Positions 11,629 to 20,937 are shown, counted from the first letter of the stretch. The stretch is 64,000 nucleotides of DNA from an uncultured Acidimicrobiales bacterium (GCA_963739835.1 CAVUBW010000016.1:30285-94284); one strand, 5' to 3'. The notes: generated from the sequence alone by a model not told the origin. Numbers and translations: made by a program.

Positions 11629-11679
11629 GGCACATCGGTCCTTCGGACCAGGGGAAACGCCACGTGCGACCGATGTGCC
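11629..11679. promoter_or_regulatory. 12-bp perfect inverted repeat, likely response regulator site
   Basis: GGCACATCGGTC-N27-GACCGATGTGCC in the divergent kinase/carboxypeptidase intergenic region. Confidence 0.5.
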
Positions 11680-11708
11680 CGTGACCAGGGCCTCCGTACG
11701 TTCGCTCC

Positions 11709-12650
11709 ATGGCGAGCACCCTCTCCCACCGCCGCCGGCGGCCGGCGCAGTCCCGGCAAGCCCGCCCCCGACACCTTCGTCGCCGGGGCCGAGGCCGTCG
11801 GCAGGCCTTCCTCTTCAGCGGGCTGGTCGCCGCCGCCCTCCTGGCCATCGCCGGCGTCACCACCATGACCGCGGCGGTGACCGACGCGGTCCGCGGCCCC
11901 CAGGCCGAGATCGTCCCACCGACCGCCGACCTCCCTCCGATCGCGGCCGCCGCCTACGTGGTGGTCGACGGCGACACGGGCGAGCCCCTGGCCTCCCTCA
12001 ACGCCGACCAGCCCCGCCCGGTGGCCAGCCTGGTGAAGCTCATGACCGCCCGGCTGGTCCTCGACGCCGGGCCACTCGACGACACCACGACCGTCCCGCC
12101 GATGCAGATCGCCGGTGACGAGTCGCAGGCCGGCCTCGAGCCCGGCGATCACGTGTCGCGGGGCGCGCTGCTGCAAGCGATGCTGGTCGCCAGCGCCAAC
12201 GACGCGGCCCGCACCCTGGCGGTCGACGTGGCCGGAAACGAGCACAGCTTCGTCCGCATGATGAACGCCGAGGCGACCGCGGCAGGCCTCGACGCCACCC
12301 GCTACGCCAACCCCGTCGGCCTCGATGACCCAGCTCAGCACTCGTCGGCCGCCGACGTCTCCCGCCTCGCCCGCGACCTCATGCAGGACCCCGCCTTCCG
12401 CCACATCGTCGCCGCCGAGAGCACCAGGATCGACGGCTCAGAGCTGCCCACCACCAACGACCTGCTGGGTGCCTACCGGGGCGCCGACGGCATCAAGACC
12501 GGCCACACCGACGAAGCCGGCTGGTGCATCGCCGCCTCGGCCACCCGCGACGGCCGCAGCATCGTGGCCGTCGTCCTCGGCGCCCCCACCGAACAAGCCC
12601 GCGACGCCGCCGCCCGCGCCCTCCTCGACTACGGCTTCTCCGTCGCCTAG
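11709..12650 (+). CDS. D-alanyl-D-alanine carboxypeptidase (peptidase S11)
   Basis: SLVK (SxxK), SAN (SxN), KTG motifs and NPVGLD; N-terminal TM/signal. Confidence 0.92.
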   Translation: MASTLSHRRRRPAQSRQARPRHLRRRGRGRRQAFLFSGLVAAALLAIAGVTTMTAAVTDAVRGPQAEIVPPTADLPPIAAAAYVVVDGDTGEPLASLNADQPRPVASLVKLMTARLVLDAGPLDDTTTVPPMQIAGDESQAGLEPGDHVSRGALLQAMLVASANDAARTLAVDVAGNEHSFVRMMNAEATAAGLDATRYANPVGLDDPAQHSSAADVSRLARDLMQDPAFRHIVAAESTRIDGSELPTTNDLLGAYRGADGIKTGHTDEAGWCIAASATRDGRSIVAVVLGAPTEQARDAAARALLDYGFSVA

Positions 12651-12780
12651 ATGACCTGTTCCGAGCGGGGTCAGCTGCCGAGTCGGGCCCAGTGTGTTGA
12701 TCGGACGTCGCGGTACACCCGCCGCTACCGCGGGGGGCTGGCAGGCCGGGTACGGTGGCATCAGCGACCAGGAGGTCCCG

Positions 12781-13138
12781 ATGACGGGCGCTGAGCACGA
12801 TCACCTGCGGCCCGTCGAGCGCCGGGTTCTGCGGTGGGCCGAGATCGGCCTCGACGACGCGGAGATCGCCCGGAGGTTCGGGCGGAGCGAGCGGTGGGTC
12901 GCCCAGGTGCGGTTCCTGGCCGACCTCGACCGGTCTGCGCCGCTGGACCGACCCGTCAGGTCGGAGCGATCGGACACGTCGGACCGACCCGTCGACCGGC
13001 TGCGGCCTCTCGAACGCCGGCTGCTCCGGTGGCGGCATGCAGGGGTGCGGCACGAGGATCTCAGCGGCCGGTTCCGCCGCAGCCCCGAGTTCCTCGCGGG
13101 TCGAGGACTACGCCAAGTACAAGCTGGCGATGACCTGA
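12781..13138 (+). CDS. Hypothetical protein with two HTH-like repeats (frameshift near the 3' end)
   Basis: LRPVERRVLRW..EIARRFGRSERWV and LRPLERRLLRW..DLSGRFRRSPEFL; AGGAGG RBS. Confidence 0.7.
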
Positions 13139-13287
13139 TCCACCCCAGCCGACATCGGTCGCGCAACGCGCCCCCGACCGCCGGGGGTGTGCCGCATCTG
13201 CGCCGGGCCGAGCGGCGACGCGTGCGGCACGGGACCATCCATCTGTTGCCATGCGTCACCGGGCCGTGCTGAGGCAGTGTTGTCGGG

Positions 13288-14175
13288 GTGCAGGAGGGAC
13301 GGGCGAGTCGGACCGCGGTGCTGGTGTGCCAAGGGCGGGCGGTCGCCGACGGCCTCATGGCCCCCGGAACCTTCCGCGACCAGATCGCGGCGCTCCTTCT
13401 GACGCCCGACGAGCGAGCCGTGGTGGAACGAGCCCGTGACGGCACCCCGCCCTCAGACCTCGGGGACCGGCTTGCGTGGGAGCGCCTGCGGGCGTGTGCC
13501 GAGGGGATGGTGCCGCGCACGGTTCTGGTCGATGCCGCCGTGCGTGGCGCCGGCCACCGCCAACTGGTCATCGTCGGCGCCGGTCTGGACACCCGGCCGT
13601 GGCGCCTGGGCGAACTGGCCGAGACCGACGTGTTCTCCGTGGACCATCCGGCCTCGCAGGCCGACTGTCGCCGCCGCGCCGACGGCCTGGACGCGGTGGC
13701 TCGCCGCGTGGAATTCGTACCGGTCGACCTTGGTCTGGAGCCACTCGGGCCCGCACTGTCGAATGCCGGTCACGACCCGTCGGCGCCGACGACGTGGCTG
13801 TGGGAAGGCGTCGTCCCGTATCTGACGCGTGAACAGGTGGAGGGCACCCTCAGCGCCGTGGCCGAGCGTTCCGTCCCCGCCAGCACGCTGGTCGTCCAGT
13901 ATCAGGACCGCTCGGCGATCGCGCGAGTCGGACGTCGCGTGAGCGCGATCGTCGCTCGCCGCACCGGACTCGACGATCCGTTGACCGACGAGCCGTGGCG
14001 CTCGCTGTGGACGGCGAAAGCCATCACGGCCCTCCTCGCCAGACACGGATTCGTCGTCGAGCTCGACGAAGACCTGCTGACGACCGCGCGCCAGATCGGC
14101 TCGCCCTCCACCCACCGCCGCTCGCTGGCCAACGGCCGAGTTGCTGTGGGGACGCGCGTCTCCCTACTGCCATGA
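13288..14175 (+). CDS. Class I SAM-dependent methyltransferase (LCM/TIGR00027-like)
   Basis: ASRTAVLVCQGRA, QLVIVGAGLDTR, VDHPASQ, WLWEGVVPYL. Confidence 0.88.
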   Translation: MQEGRASRTAVLVCQGRAVADGLMAPGTFRDQIAALLLTPDERAVVERARDGTPPSDLGDRLAWERLRACAEGMVPRTVLVDAAVRGAGHRQLVIVGAGLDTRPWRLGELAETDVFSVDHPASQADCRRRADGLDAVARRVEFVPVDLGLEPLGPALSNAGHDPSAPTTWLWEGVVPYLTREQVEGTLSAVAERSVPASTLVVQYQDRSAIARVGRRVSAIVARRTGLDDPLTDEPWRSLWTAKAITALLARHGFVVELDEDLLTTARQIGSPSTHRRSLANGRVAVGTRVSLLP

Positions 14176-14203
14176 GTCACCGACACCACCTGACGACCAG
14201 CGA

Positions 14204-15154
14204 TCATCTGTCCGCCGGCGGGTCGATGCCGGCGCTCGAGGCCGCGCCGGCATCGTCCCGGGCCCGCGCCACGGCGAGGAAGGCGCGGGTGGGGAGCGTT
14301 TGGCCCTGCCGGCGCCACACCAGGTCCGTGCGGCGCTCGAGGTGGGGCCGCCGCAGGCGCAGCACGGCCACGCGCGGGCCGGCCTGGCGGGCGGTCGTGA
14401 CGGGCAGCAGCGCCACGCCCAGCCCGTGGGCCACGAGGTCGGCCAGCACGCCCAGGTCGTTGGCAGCGATGGCGATCCGCGGGTCGAAGCCGGCCTCTGC
14501 GCACGCGGAGTCCAGCACGGTTCGTAGCCCGGTCCCGGGGGTGAGCGTGACCAGCGGCTCGTCCCGCAGGTCGGACAGCGACACCGCGGCTGCGCCCGCC
14601 TGCGGATGGTCGGGCGGCACGGCCACGACCAGCGGCTCGGTGGCGATGGTCTGGCTGGCGAGGCCAGCGGGCAGCCGCCTCCCCGCGGGACCCGCCGGCA
14701 GGCGGCCGGCCATGACGCCGACGGCGGCGGCGTCGAGCGACCCGGCCGCCACGCCGTCGGCTAGGGCTTGGGGATCGCCGGTGCGAAGCGTGACGCGCAC
14801 GGCGGGGTGACGGTGGGCGAAGGTGCCGATCTGCCGCACGAGCCACTCGCTCGGGGACGGGATCGTGCCGACGGCCAGCTCGCCCGCCAGTTCGCCCCGC
14901 AGGGTCCGCACCGCGTCGCTCCCGGCGGTGGCAGCCGCTAGCGCGGCCTGGGCATGGGGCAGGAAGGCCGCACCCGCCGCGGTGAGCGCCACGCCCCGGG
15001 GCGACCGCTCGAAGAGGGGGGCGCCGAGCTCGCGCTCGACCTCCGCGATCTGCTGGCTGACGGCTGGCTGGGCGACGTGGGCCCGCGCCGCGGCGCGGGT
15101 GAAGTTCCCCTCCTCGGCCACCGCCACGACGTATCTGAGCTGGCGCAGCTCCAT
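14204..15154 (-). CDS. LysR family transcriptional regulator
   Basis: MELRQLRYVVAVAEEGNFTRAAARAHVAQPAVSQQI. Confidence 0.95.
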   Translation of the reverse strand: MELRQLRYVVAVAEEGNFTRAAARAHVAQPAVSQQIAEVERELGAPLFERSPRGVALTAAGAAFLPHAQAALAAATAGSDAVRTLRGELAGELAVGTIPSPSEWLVRQIGTFAHRHPAVRVTLRTGDPQALADGVAAGSLDAAAVGVMAGRLPAGPAGRRLPAGLASQTIATEPLVVAVPPDHPQAGAAAVSLSDLRDEPLVTLTPGTGLRTVLDSACAEAGFDPRIAIAANDLGVLADLVAHGLGVALLPVTTARQAGPRVAVLRLRRPHLERRTDLVWRRQGQTLPTRAFLAVARARDDAGAASSAGIDPPADR

Positions 15155-15167
15155 AAGCAATAGTTAT
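15153..15167. promoter_or_regulatory. LysR recognition box
   Basis: ATAA-N7-TTAT (T-N11-A) overlapping the lysR start, in the divergent promoter. Confidence 0.65.
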
Positions 15168-15225
15168 CATACGGCATCCTCGTCATGTCTTGGACTTCTC
15201 CTTCGCCGCAGGGCACGCTCACGGC

Positions 15226-15468
15226 ATGTCTTCCGCCACCTCCACCCCCCAGCCCTCCGCCTCCGCATCGCAGCACCGCCAGGCGGTCACCGTCTGGCTG
15301 GCCGTGCTGCCGACACTGAGCCTGCTCCAACTCGTGCTCGGCGACCTGTTGGCCGCGGTGCCGCCCTACCTGCGGCCGCCGATCATGGCCACGTTCGCCG
15401 TGCCGATCGTGGTCTACGTGGTGATGCCCCGCCTGGCCCGTCTCACCGCCCGCATGGCACGGGGGTGA
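15226..15468 (+). CDS. Small two-TM membrane protein
   Basis: HRQAVTVWLAVLPTL...VPIVVYVVMPRL; divergent from lysR. Confidence 0.65.
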   Translation: MSSATSTPQPSASASQHRQAVTVWLAVLPTLSLLQLVLGDLLAAVPPYLRPPIMATFAVPIVVYVVMPRLARLTARMARG

Positions 15469-15473
15469 GGGTG

Positions 15474-15899
15474 ATGGCTGCATCCCTGCCCGAGTGGCCG
15501 CCGCGGACCATCGCGGTGTTGGCCACGATCGATGACGGCCCCCACGTCATCCCCGTGTCTGCGCCGGTGCGCGCGGGCGACCGCACGATCCTGCTGGGGC
15601 TCCACCGCAGCCGCGACTCGCTGGCCCGGCTGCGCCGCCGCCCGCAGGTGGCGCTGCTCGTCCTGGCCGAGGGCAATGTCGCCTTCACGGCCAGGGGCAC
15701 GGCGCGGATCGCAGCCGAGCCCATGGCAGACGACCCCGACTTCGCGGCCGTGGTGATCGATGTCACCGATGTCGACGACCATCGCCAGCCGGCGTTCACG
15801 GTCGAGGCCGGCGTCGACCGGGCCTGGGTCGACCAGACCGAGCGCGAGGCTCTGGGGCGCCGGGTGCAAGAGCTGCGCGGGCTCGCTGCTCGCCGGTAG
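15474..15899 (+). CDS. Pyridoxamine 5'-phosphate oxidase-like (split-barrel flavin/F420-binding) protein
   Basis: AVLATIDDGPHVIPVS, SLARLRRRPQVALLV, FTARGTARI. Confidence 0.75.
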   Translation: MAASLPEWPPRTIAVLATIDDGPHVIPVSAPVRAGDRTILLGLHRSRDSLARLRRRPQVALLVLAEGNVAFTARGTARIAAEPMADDPDFAAVVIDVTDVDDHRQPAFTVEAGVDRAWVDQTEREALGRRVQELRGLAARR

Positions 15900-16016
15900 C
15901 TGCCGTGATCCCGAGCGCCGTCAGCAGGTGCTCATCCAGGGAGACAAACTCCGGACCACACCCGGGACTGGCCGCGCTCCCGGGCCAGGGACCGAGGCGG
16001 CGCGGCTTCTGTCGGA

Positions 16017-16033
16017 CCATCCCACCCGGATGA
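16017..16033. promoter_or_regulatory. TCATCC-N5-GGATGA palindrome
   Basis: CCATCC-CACCC-GGATGA, about 79 bp before the SHOCT ATG. Confidence 0.65.
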
Positions 16034-16111
16034 CGACGCGGGGCGAGCGCTGGACGATCCTCGCCAATGGCCTGCGATGCATCGGCGCATCGTGGGTTGG
16101 AGGATCGTCAC

Positions 16112-16342
16112 ATGGGACTGATGTTCCGTCGTCGTCGACCGCTTGCTCGGCTCGCGGTCGCGGCCGCCTTGTACGCAAGGATCGAGGGTTTGCCGGGCCG
16201 GCTGCCGCGGTACGTGGCGCCGCCTCCGGCCTCGACCGGGGGCGAGGTCGACGAGCTGAGCCGCCTCGTCCAGATGCGCGACTCGGGCGACCTGAGCGAT
16301 CCGGAGTTCGCCGCCGCCAAGTCCCAACTCCTGGGCACCTAG
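16112..16342 (+). CDS. SHOCT domain protein with Arg-rich N-terminus
   Basis: DELSRLVQMRDSGDLSDPEFAAAKSQLLG; GGAGG RBS. Confidence 0.8.
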   Translation: MGLMFRRRRPLARLAVAAALYARIEGLPGRLPRYVAPPPASTGGEVDELSRLVQMRDSGDLSDPEFAAAKSQLLGT

Positions 16343-16365
16343 AAGCCCAGCACGACGAGACGAGC

Positions 16366-16794
16366 ATGACCACAACCGCTTCCACCCGGGCGAGCGCGAT
16401 GCGGCGCCTCATCCGGGCGGCCGTCACGGGCGACGGCGACTCCATGGTCGATCTGGTGACCGCCGACGTCACGAGCTGGTCGCCAAACCTGTTCACGACG
16501 TCCCGCAGCGAGCTCCTGGCGGCGCTCGACGCCCGGGACGATGCCTTCACCGGCGTCACGGTCGAGGTGCGCGCCCTCGACCAGATCGGCGACAAGGCGA
16601 TCGTCGAGTGGCATGTGGCCGCCGACCACACAGGCCCGCTTGTCGTCGACGATGACCTGCGCATCGAGCCGACCGGCCAGCGGCTTCACCTCTGCGGTAC
16701 GACCGTCGCGGAGTTCGACGGCGACCGGGTGTGTGCCTTTCGTAGCTACTTCGACGACCTCGCGCTGGTCGAACAGGCCCTGGCCCTCAGGTGA
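16366..16794 (+). CDS. SnoaL/NTF2-like (ester cyclase fold) protein
   Basis: VEWHVAADHTGPL, TTVAEFDGDRVCAFRSYFDD. Confidence 0.85.
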   Translation: MTTTASTRASAMRRLIRAAVTGDGDSMVDLVTADVTSWSPNLFTTSRSELLAALDARDDAFTGVTVEVRALDQIGDKAIVEWHVAADHTGPLVVDDDLRIEPTGQRLHLCGTTVAEFDGDRVCAFRSYFDDLALVEQALALR

Positions 16795-16853
16795 GCCGGG
16801 CACGCGGCGGCGGACGGGCAATCCGGCCCCGAGCGGCGGCCGCCGGGGCCCGC

Positions 16854-16870
16854 TCATCCGGATCGGATGA
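16854..16870. promoter_or_regulatory. TCATCC-N5-GGATGA palindrome
   Basis: Perfect TCATCC-GGATC-GGATGA, about 92 bp before ATG 16962. Confidence 0.7.
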
Positions 16871-16961
16871 GGACAGCTGCCACAGGTCACGGGATCATCC
16901 GCGGTCGGAGCAACGTGACAGGAGCGTCGATGACGGCGAACGAGTGGCTGGGGCGTCCGAC

Positions 16962-17409
16962 ATGATCTGGGCGATCCTGGCGCTGCTCGGGGTTCCACTG
17001 TGGTTCTGCGCGATCGCCATCGGGACGGTCGTGTTCCGGAACCGCCGGCTGCGCAGGCGTCCCGGCAGCGTGCCCGTCAGGGTGCTGGTACCGGGGAAGA
17101 CGAGGTGGTCCGCGGGCCATGGCGTCTGGGTGTCCGACGTCTTCGCCTGGCGCGGGAGCCCGGCGGCCTGGCGCGAGGACCTCGTCCAGGTCGGCGACGC
17201 ATCGGCACGGGTTCCCGAGGCCGAGGTGGAGAAGCGGCTTCACCGCATCGGCGACCATCCCGTCGTCGCCACCTTCGTCCTCGCCGACGGGGGGACCCTC
17301 GACGGTGGCCAGCGGGGTCGAGCACAGGGCCGAGCTCCTCGGTCCCTTCGCCGGCGCCTCGAGCGCCGACGGAGCGGCGGACTTCCGGGCAGCCTCCTCG
17401 GGCTCCTGA
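16962..17409 (+). CDS. Membrane-anchored hypothetical protein, DUF2550-like (frameshifted)
   Basis: MIWAILALLGVPLWFCAIAI...RRRPG...WSAGHGVWVSDVFAWRG. Confidence 0.6.
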
Positions 17410-17415
17410 GATCGC

Positions 17416-18405
17416 TCAGTCGTCGATCTCCTCCCAGACCGCCTGCTCGTCGTGCTCCTCCCAGTCGGCGCCTGGCAGCGCGATGGCCCAGCTCGTCCAT
17501 GTCCCGACCGGCCGAGCCGGGGTGGTCCTGACTCTGGCGCGGACGACCATGCCGGGCGTGAGCTCCACGGGCGAGCGCAGCGGGGCCGTCGTCATCCCCC
17601 AGTGCGTCGGTGGATCGCCGGGTCCCACGGAGAGCGAGATGCCGGGCGCGAGCTCGGCGCTGAACCAGAGTGCGAGCGCGTTGGCCGTTCCGTGGTCGCG
17701 GACGGGCAGCAGCGTCTCGGCTTCGTGAGGCGCCTGCGCCTGCTCGAGCGGGATCAGGTCCGCGTCCGTCGTCCACAACCGACTCGGCTCGGAGCGCCTG
17801 TCACCCGCCGCAAGGTGACGGAAGGTGCCGGAATAGAGGATCTCGTTGACGGTCTTCTCGACCAGGTCATCGAGCCTGAGGCCGTACGGGTTGTCCCGCA
17901 GGAAACTCCACCATGTCCGCGAGGTAGCGGTCGTGCACCAGCGCGGCCCACGCCGTGACCGAGCGGGGGATCATGACGCCGCCCGGCTTGAGCCAGCGGT
18001 CACGGGCGGCGATGACCGGAACGAGCATCCCTTCGTCGATCCCGAACCCTCCGAGCCACTCCGAGACGATCACGTCGACACGTTCCGGCGGCTCGATGTC
18101 CAGGACGTCGCCGTGGATCACCTGGACGATCTCCGTCGACCCCGTTCGCGGCGGCCAGTTCCTGCGCCAGGACGGCGATCGACGTCTGCTCCACCGCGTA
18201 GACGCGCGCAGCACCCGCCCGCGCCGCGAACACGCTCAGGATGCCGCTTCCCGCCCCGACGTCGAGAACGATGTCGCCGGGGCGCACGACCGCGTCGATC
18301 GCAGCGCCGGAACGCCTCGGTGCGGACGCGGTCGCGGATCATCGTCCGGTGTACCTCGAACTCCGCGTACATCGGGTCCGGCGGGTGCTTGATCGGCGTC
18401 CGCAC
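17416..18405 (-). CDS. Protein arginine N-methyltransferase (PRMT)-like SAM methyltransferase (frameshifted)
   Basis: [60 protein letters not shown] rebuilt over several frames. Confidence 0.85.
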
Positions 18406-18440
18406 ACGCTCAACCTAGGTTGACCATCTGAGCGAAGGAA

Positions 18441-18457
18441 CCATCCGTTCGGGATGA
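18441..18457. promoter_or_regulatory. TCATCC-N5-GGATGA palindrome
   Basis: CCATCC-GTTCG-GGATGA between the divergent PRMT and SHOCT genes. Confidence 0.65.
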
Positions 18458-18533
18458 GGACGGCTTCGACGACCCGTGGAACGGTGGCGCTCTGAGCAAG
18501 GACATTTGGTCGGACGACGGGAAGGGGTTCTCC

Positions 18534-18794
18534 ATGGGATTCAGGCGACGGACACGACGCCGGGCGCTCGTCGCCGGAGCGGCGGTTGCTCACCACCGGG
18601 ACAGGATGTACGCCGAGGAGCAGCAGCAGGCCGACGACCAGGCGCCTGCCGACGACTACCAGGACCAGGCGCAATATGCGCCGCCTCCGGCGGACCCGGC
18701 CGACCAGATCGAACACCTCGCACAGTTGCACGCCTCGGGCGCGCTGACAGACGAGGAGTTCGCGGCGGCCAAGGCGAAGGCCCTCGGGTCGTGA
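18534..18794 (+). CDS. SHOCT domain protein with Arg-rich N-terminus
   Basis: MGFRRRTRRRALVAGAAV...DQIEHLAQLHASGALTDEEFAAAKAKALG. Confidence 0.88.
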   Translation: MGFRRRTRRRALVAGAAVAHHRDRMYAEEQQQADDQAPADDYQDQAQYAPPPADPADQIEHLAQLHASGALTDEEFAAAKAKALGS

Positions 18795-18835
18795 ACGCCC
18801 GCCGGACTCGCCAGAACACGGGAACAGGGGCTGCA

Positions 18836-19253
18836 ATGAGCGAATCGCGCAAGGACGTGCTGTTGAAGGCGCTCGAGGCCGAGGTCGGTGGCGCATCGGT
18901 CGATCTGGGCACCCTGTTCACCGACGATGTCGTCGGTTGGTCGCCGTTCGCGACGGTGTCCGGACTGACGGCACTCGCTGACCTCGCCGCCGCTCCGTGA
19001 CACCGCGTTCTCCAACGTCGTCATCATGTTCCGAGGACTCGACGAAGTGGGCAACAAGGCGTTCGCCGAATGGCTCATCGAAGCCGATCACACGGGGCCA
19101 CTGGTCCTCGACGAGGATGCCGTGTTGGAGGCAACGGGACGGCACGTCCAGATGGCCGGCGTCACCGTGGCCGACTTCCGCGACGGGAAGATCCGGTCGT
19201 TCCGGACGTACTTCGACGACATCTCGCTGATCGAGCAGATCGTCGACGCCTGA
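18836..19253 (+). CDS. SnoaL/NTF2-like protein (frameshift near 18995)
   Basis: LFTDDVVGWSP, AEWLIEADHTGPL, FRDGKIRSFRTYFDD; paralog of 16366-16794. Confidence 0.8.
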
Positions 19254-19266
19254 CGAGTCGGTCGCT

Positions 19267-19719
19267 GTGGAGTTCCACGTCGAGGACCATCCGGATCCGC
19301 TCGACATCGAGGTCCTCGAAACGCAGATCCGTCGTGAGGCGTCCGCCGCCATGGGACTCGGTGACGAAGTCGACCTGGCGATCTTCGTGCGCGACGCCGG
19401 CAGGGTCGTCGCCGGTATCAGCGGATGGACCTGGGGCGACTGCTGCGAGCTGCAGAACCTCTGGGTGGAGCCAGGTCTCCGAGGTCGCGGCCTCGCGACT
19501 CGGCTCATCGCCGCCGCCGAGGCCGAGGCGGCGGCCCGCGGGTGCTCACAGACCGTCCACTTCACCTACGACTTTCAGGCTCGAGCTCTCTACGAGCGGA
19601 ACGGCTACGAACTGGTGGGTCGAGTCGAGGACTTCCCATCAGGAACGGACGTCCTCTGGTACCGCAAGCGCCTTCGAGCCACCGGAGCTCCCGCCGACGC
19701 GAGGTGCGACCGGTCGTAG
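19267..19719 (+). CDS. GNAT family N-acetyltransferase
   Basis: LWVEPGLRGRGLATRLI, FQARALYERNGY. Confidence 0.9.
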   Translation: MEFHVEDHPDPLDIEVLETQIRREASAAMGLGDEVDLAIFVRDAGRVVAGISGWTWGDCCELQNLWVEPGLRGRGLATRLIAAAEAEAAARGCSQTVHFTYDFQARALYERNGYELVGRVEDFPSGTDVLWYRKRLRATGAPADARCDRS

Positions 19720-19986
19720 CCCGTCGCGGCGGCCTCCAAATCCGGCGCGCCTCGTCCCGAGCGGATGATCTGGACAACGACCCGCGGTAGGACCGCCCGC
19801 TGAATGGGAGCGGATCATTCCGTGCGCGAGGTGCCTCGCGGCGGCGCGCTCGACCAGCACCGGTACGAAGGTCTCGACCCGGGCTCGATCGAATCGGCCG
19901 AGCTCCTCCTCGATGACCTGGTCGACGAGCGCGGCGCCAACCAGGTCATCGAAGCGACGATGGAGCCTGTTGCTCACGCGGTGCAT
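19639..19986 (-). CDS. Small three-helix-bundle protein (DUF3562-like); ends uncertain
   Basis: RLHRRF...VDQVIEEELGRFDRARVETFVPVLVERAA. Confidence 0.5.
   Translation of the reverse strand: MHRVSNRLHRRFDDLVGAALVDQVIEEELGRFDRARVETFVPVLVERAAARHLAHGMIRSHSAGGPTAGRCPDHPLGTRRAGFGGRRDGLRPVAPRVGGSSGGSKALAVPEDVRS
19752..19768. promoter_or_regulatory. TCATCC-N5-GGATGA palindrome
   Basis: TCGTCC-CGAGC-GGATGA. Confidence 0.5.
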
Positions 19987-20090
19987 GGGGGCGCTCGCTA
20001 ACGCGCCACCGCTCGGGGATCGCCGCCATCCGTGCGCTGAAGCGAGGAGCGGTACTCGACTGGCTCGTCCGTTCCGGGCGTGCCCTCGGC

Positions 20091-20549
20091 TCAGGCCTCA
20101 CGCATTTCGCGTCCATGGGCCATCAGGGCCCAGATCACGAGGACGTCGATGGTGATCACGGTCAGTGCCCAGAATGGGTAGACCGGGATGAAGGCGAAGT
20201 TGACCAGCATGCTGACGCCGGCGACGAGGACGCCAACCATCCGAGCGAGAAACCTGCCGCTGAACACCCCGAAGCCGGCGAGCACGATGATGGTGCCCAG
20301 GATGATGTGCACCCAGCCCCACTGCGACACGTCGAGGTAGACGTTCGCACGGTTGGCGAAGACGACCCATTCGTCGTTGACGGCGGCGACGATGCCGTAG
20401 AAGAGATTGAGGCTCCCGCCGATGATCAACATCACGCCCGCGAAGGCGATCCAGCCGGTCCAGCCGGTCGGTTCGTCGTAGGACGACGCCGGCAACGGCT
20501 CGTCTCTGCCGGCACTTCCCGTCTGCCCGCCTATGTCTGTGGTTGCCAT
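20091..20549 (-). CDS. DUF7144-type four-TM membrane protein
   Basis: GWIAFAGVMLIIGG...WGWVHIILG...ARMVGV...PVYPFWALTVITIDVLVIWAL. Confidence 0.8.
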   Translation of the reverse strand: MATTDIGGQTGSAGRDEPLPASSYDEPTGWTGWIAFAGVMLIIGGSLNLFYGIVAAVNDEWVVFANRANVYLDVSQWGWVHIILGTIIVLAGFGVFSGRFLARMVGVLVAGVSMLVNFAFIPVYPFWALTVITIDVLVIWALMAHGREMREA

Positions 20550-20647
20550 TTGCAAGTCCCCTCTTTCGGCTCCCGGGGCCCGATGATCGCCGGGTTCCAG
20601 GAGGAATCGGATCGTGCTGACCGTAGAAAGGGTCGGCAGGCACGTCG

Positions 20648-20704
20648 TCAGCCGGACAGGATGAGATCGACGAACAAGTCGTGGATCTCATCCCCCCGGG
20701 CTGA
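20648..20704. promoter_or_regulatory. Two TCATCC-N5-GGATGA palindromes
   Basis: TCAGCC-GGACA-GGATGA (20648-20664) and TCATCC-CCCCG-GGCTGA (20688-20704). Confidence 0.6.
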
Positions 20705-20787
20705 GGACGCGATCGACGATTTTCGTACGATCCGGTGTTCCGATCACCCGTTCTCCGATCCCGATAGACGTCGGTATCCGGGAAGTC

Positions 20788-20937
20788 GGCAACCCCGGCC
20801 AGACCCTTGCCGTGCTCGAGGCGCTCGTGGGCCAGATCTTCCTCGTGACCGCCATCGGAAAGGTCGTGAGCGCTTGGCGGCCGAGGCGTTGGCGCCCGTC
20901 TCCAGAGGAGGCGCAGGGCGGCGTCGATGAGTCGTGA
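20788..20937 (+). pseudogene. C-terminal remnant of a potassium/ion channel (Ion_trans_2-type) gene
   Basis: GNPGQTLAVLEALVGQIFLVTAIGKVVSAW...stop; no TxGYG filter or start codon seen upstream. Confidence 0.55.

Noticed and set aside
9591-12404. 937-aa ORF ending in a response regulator
   Set aside because: Only the last 244 aa are the regulator; the rest is antisense or off-frame read-through in high-GC DNA
16825-16850. GC hairpin after the SnoaL gene as an intrinsic terminator
   Set aside because: No U-tract, and such stems arise easily in GC-rich DNA
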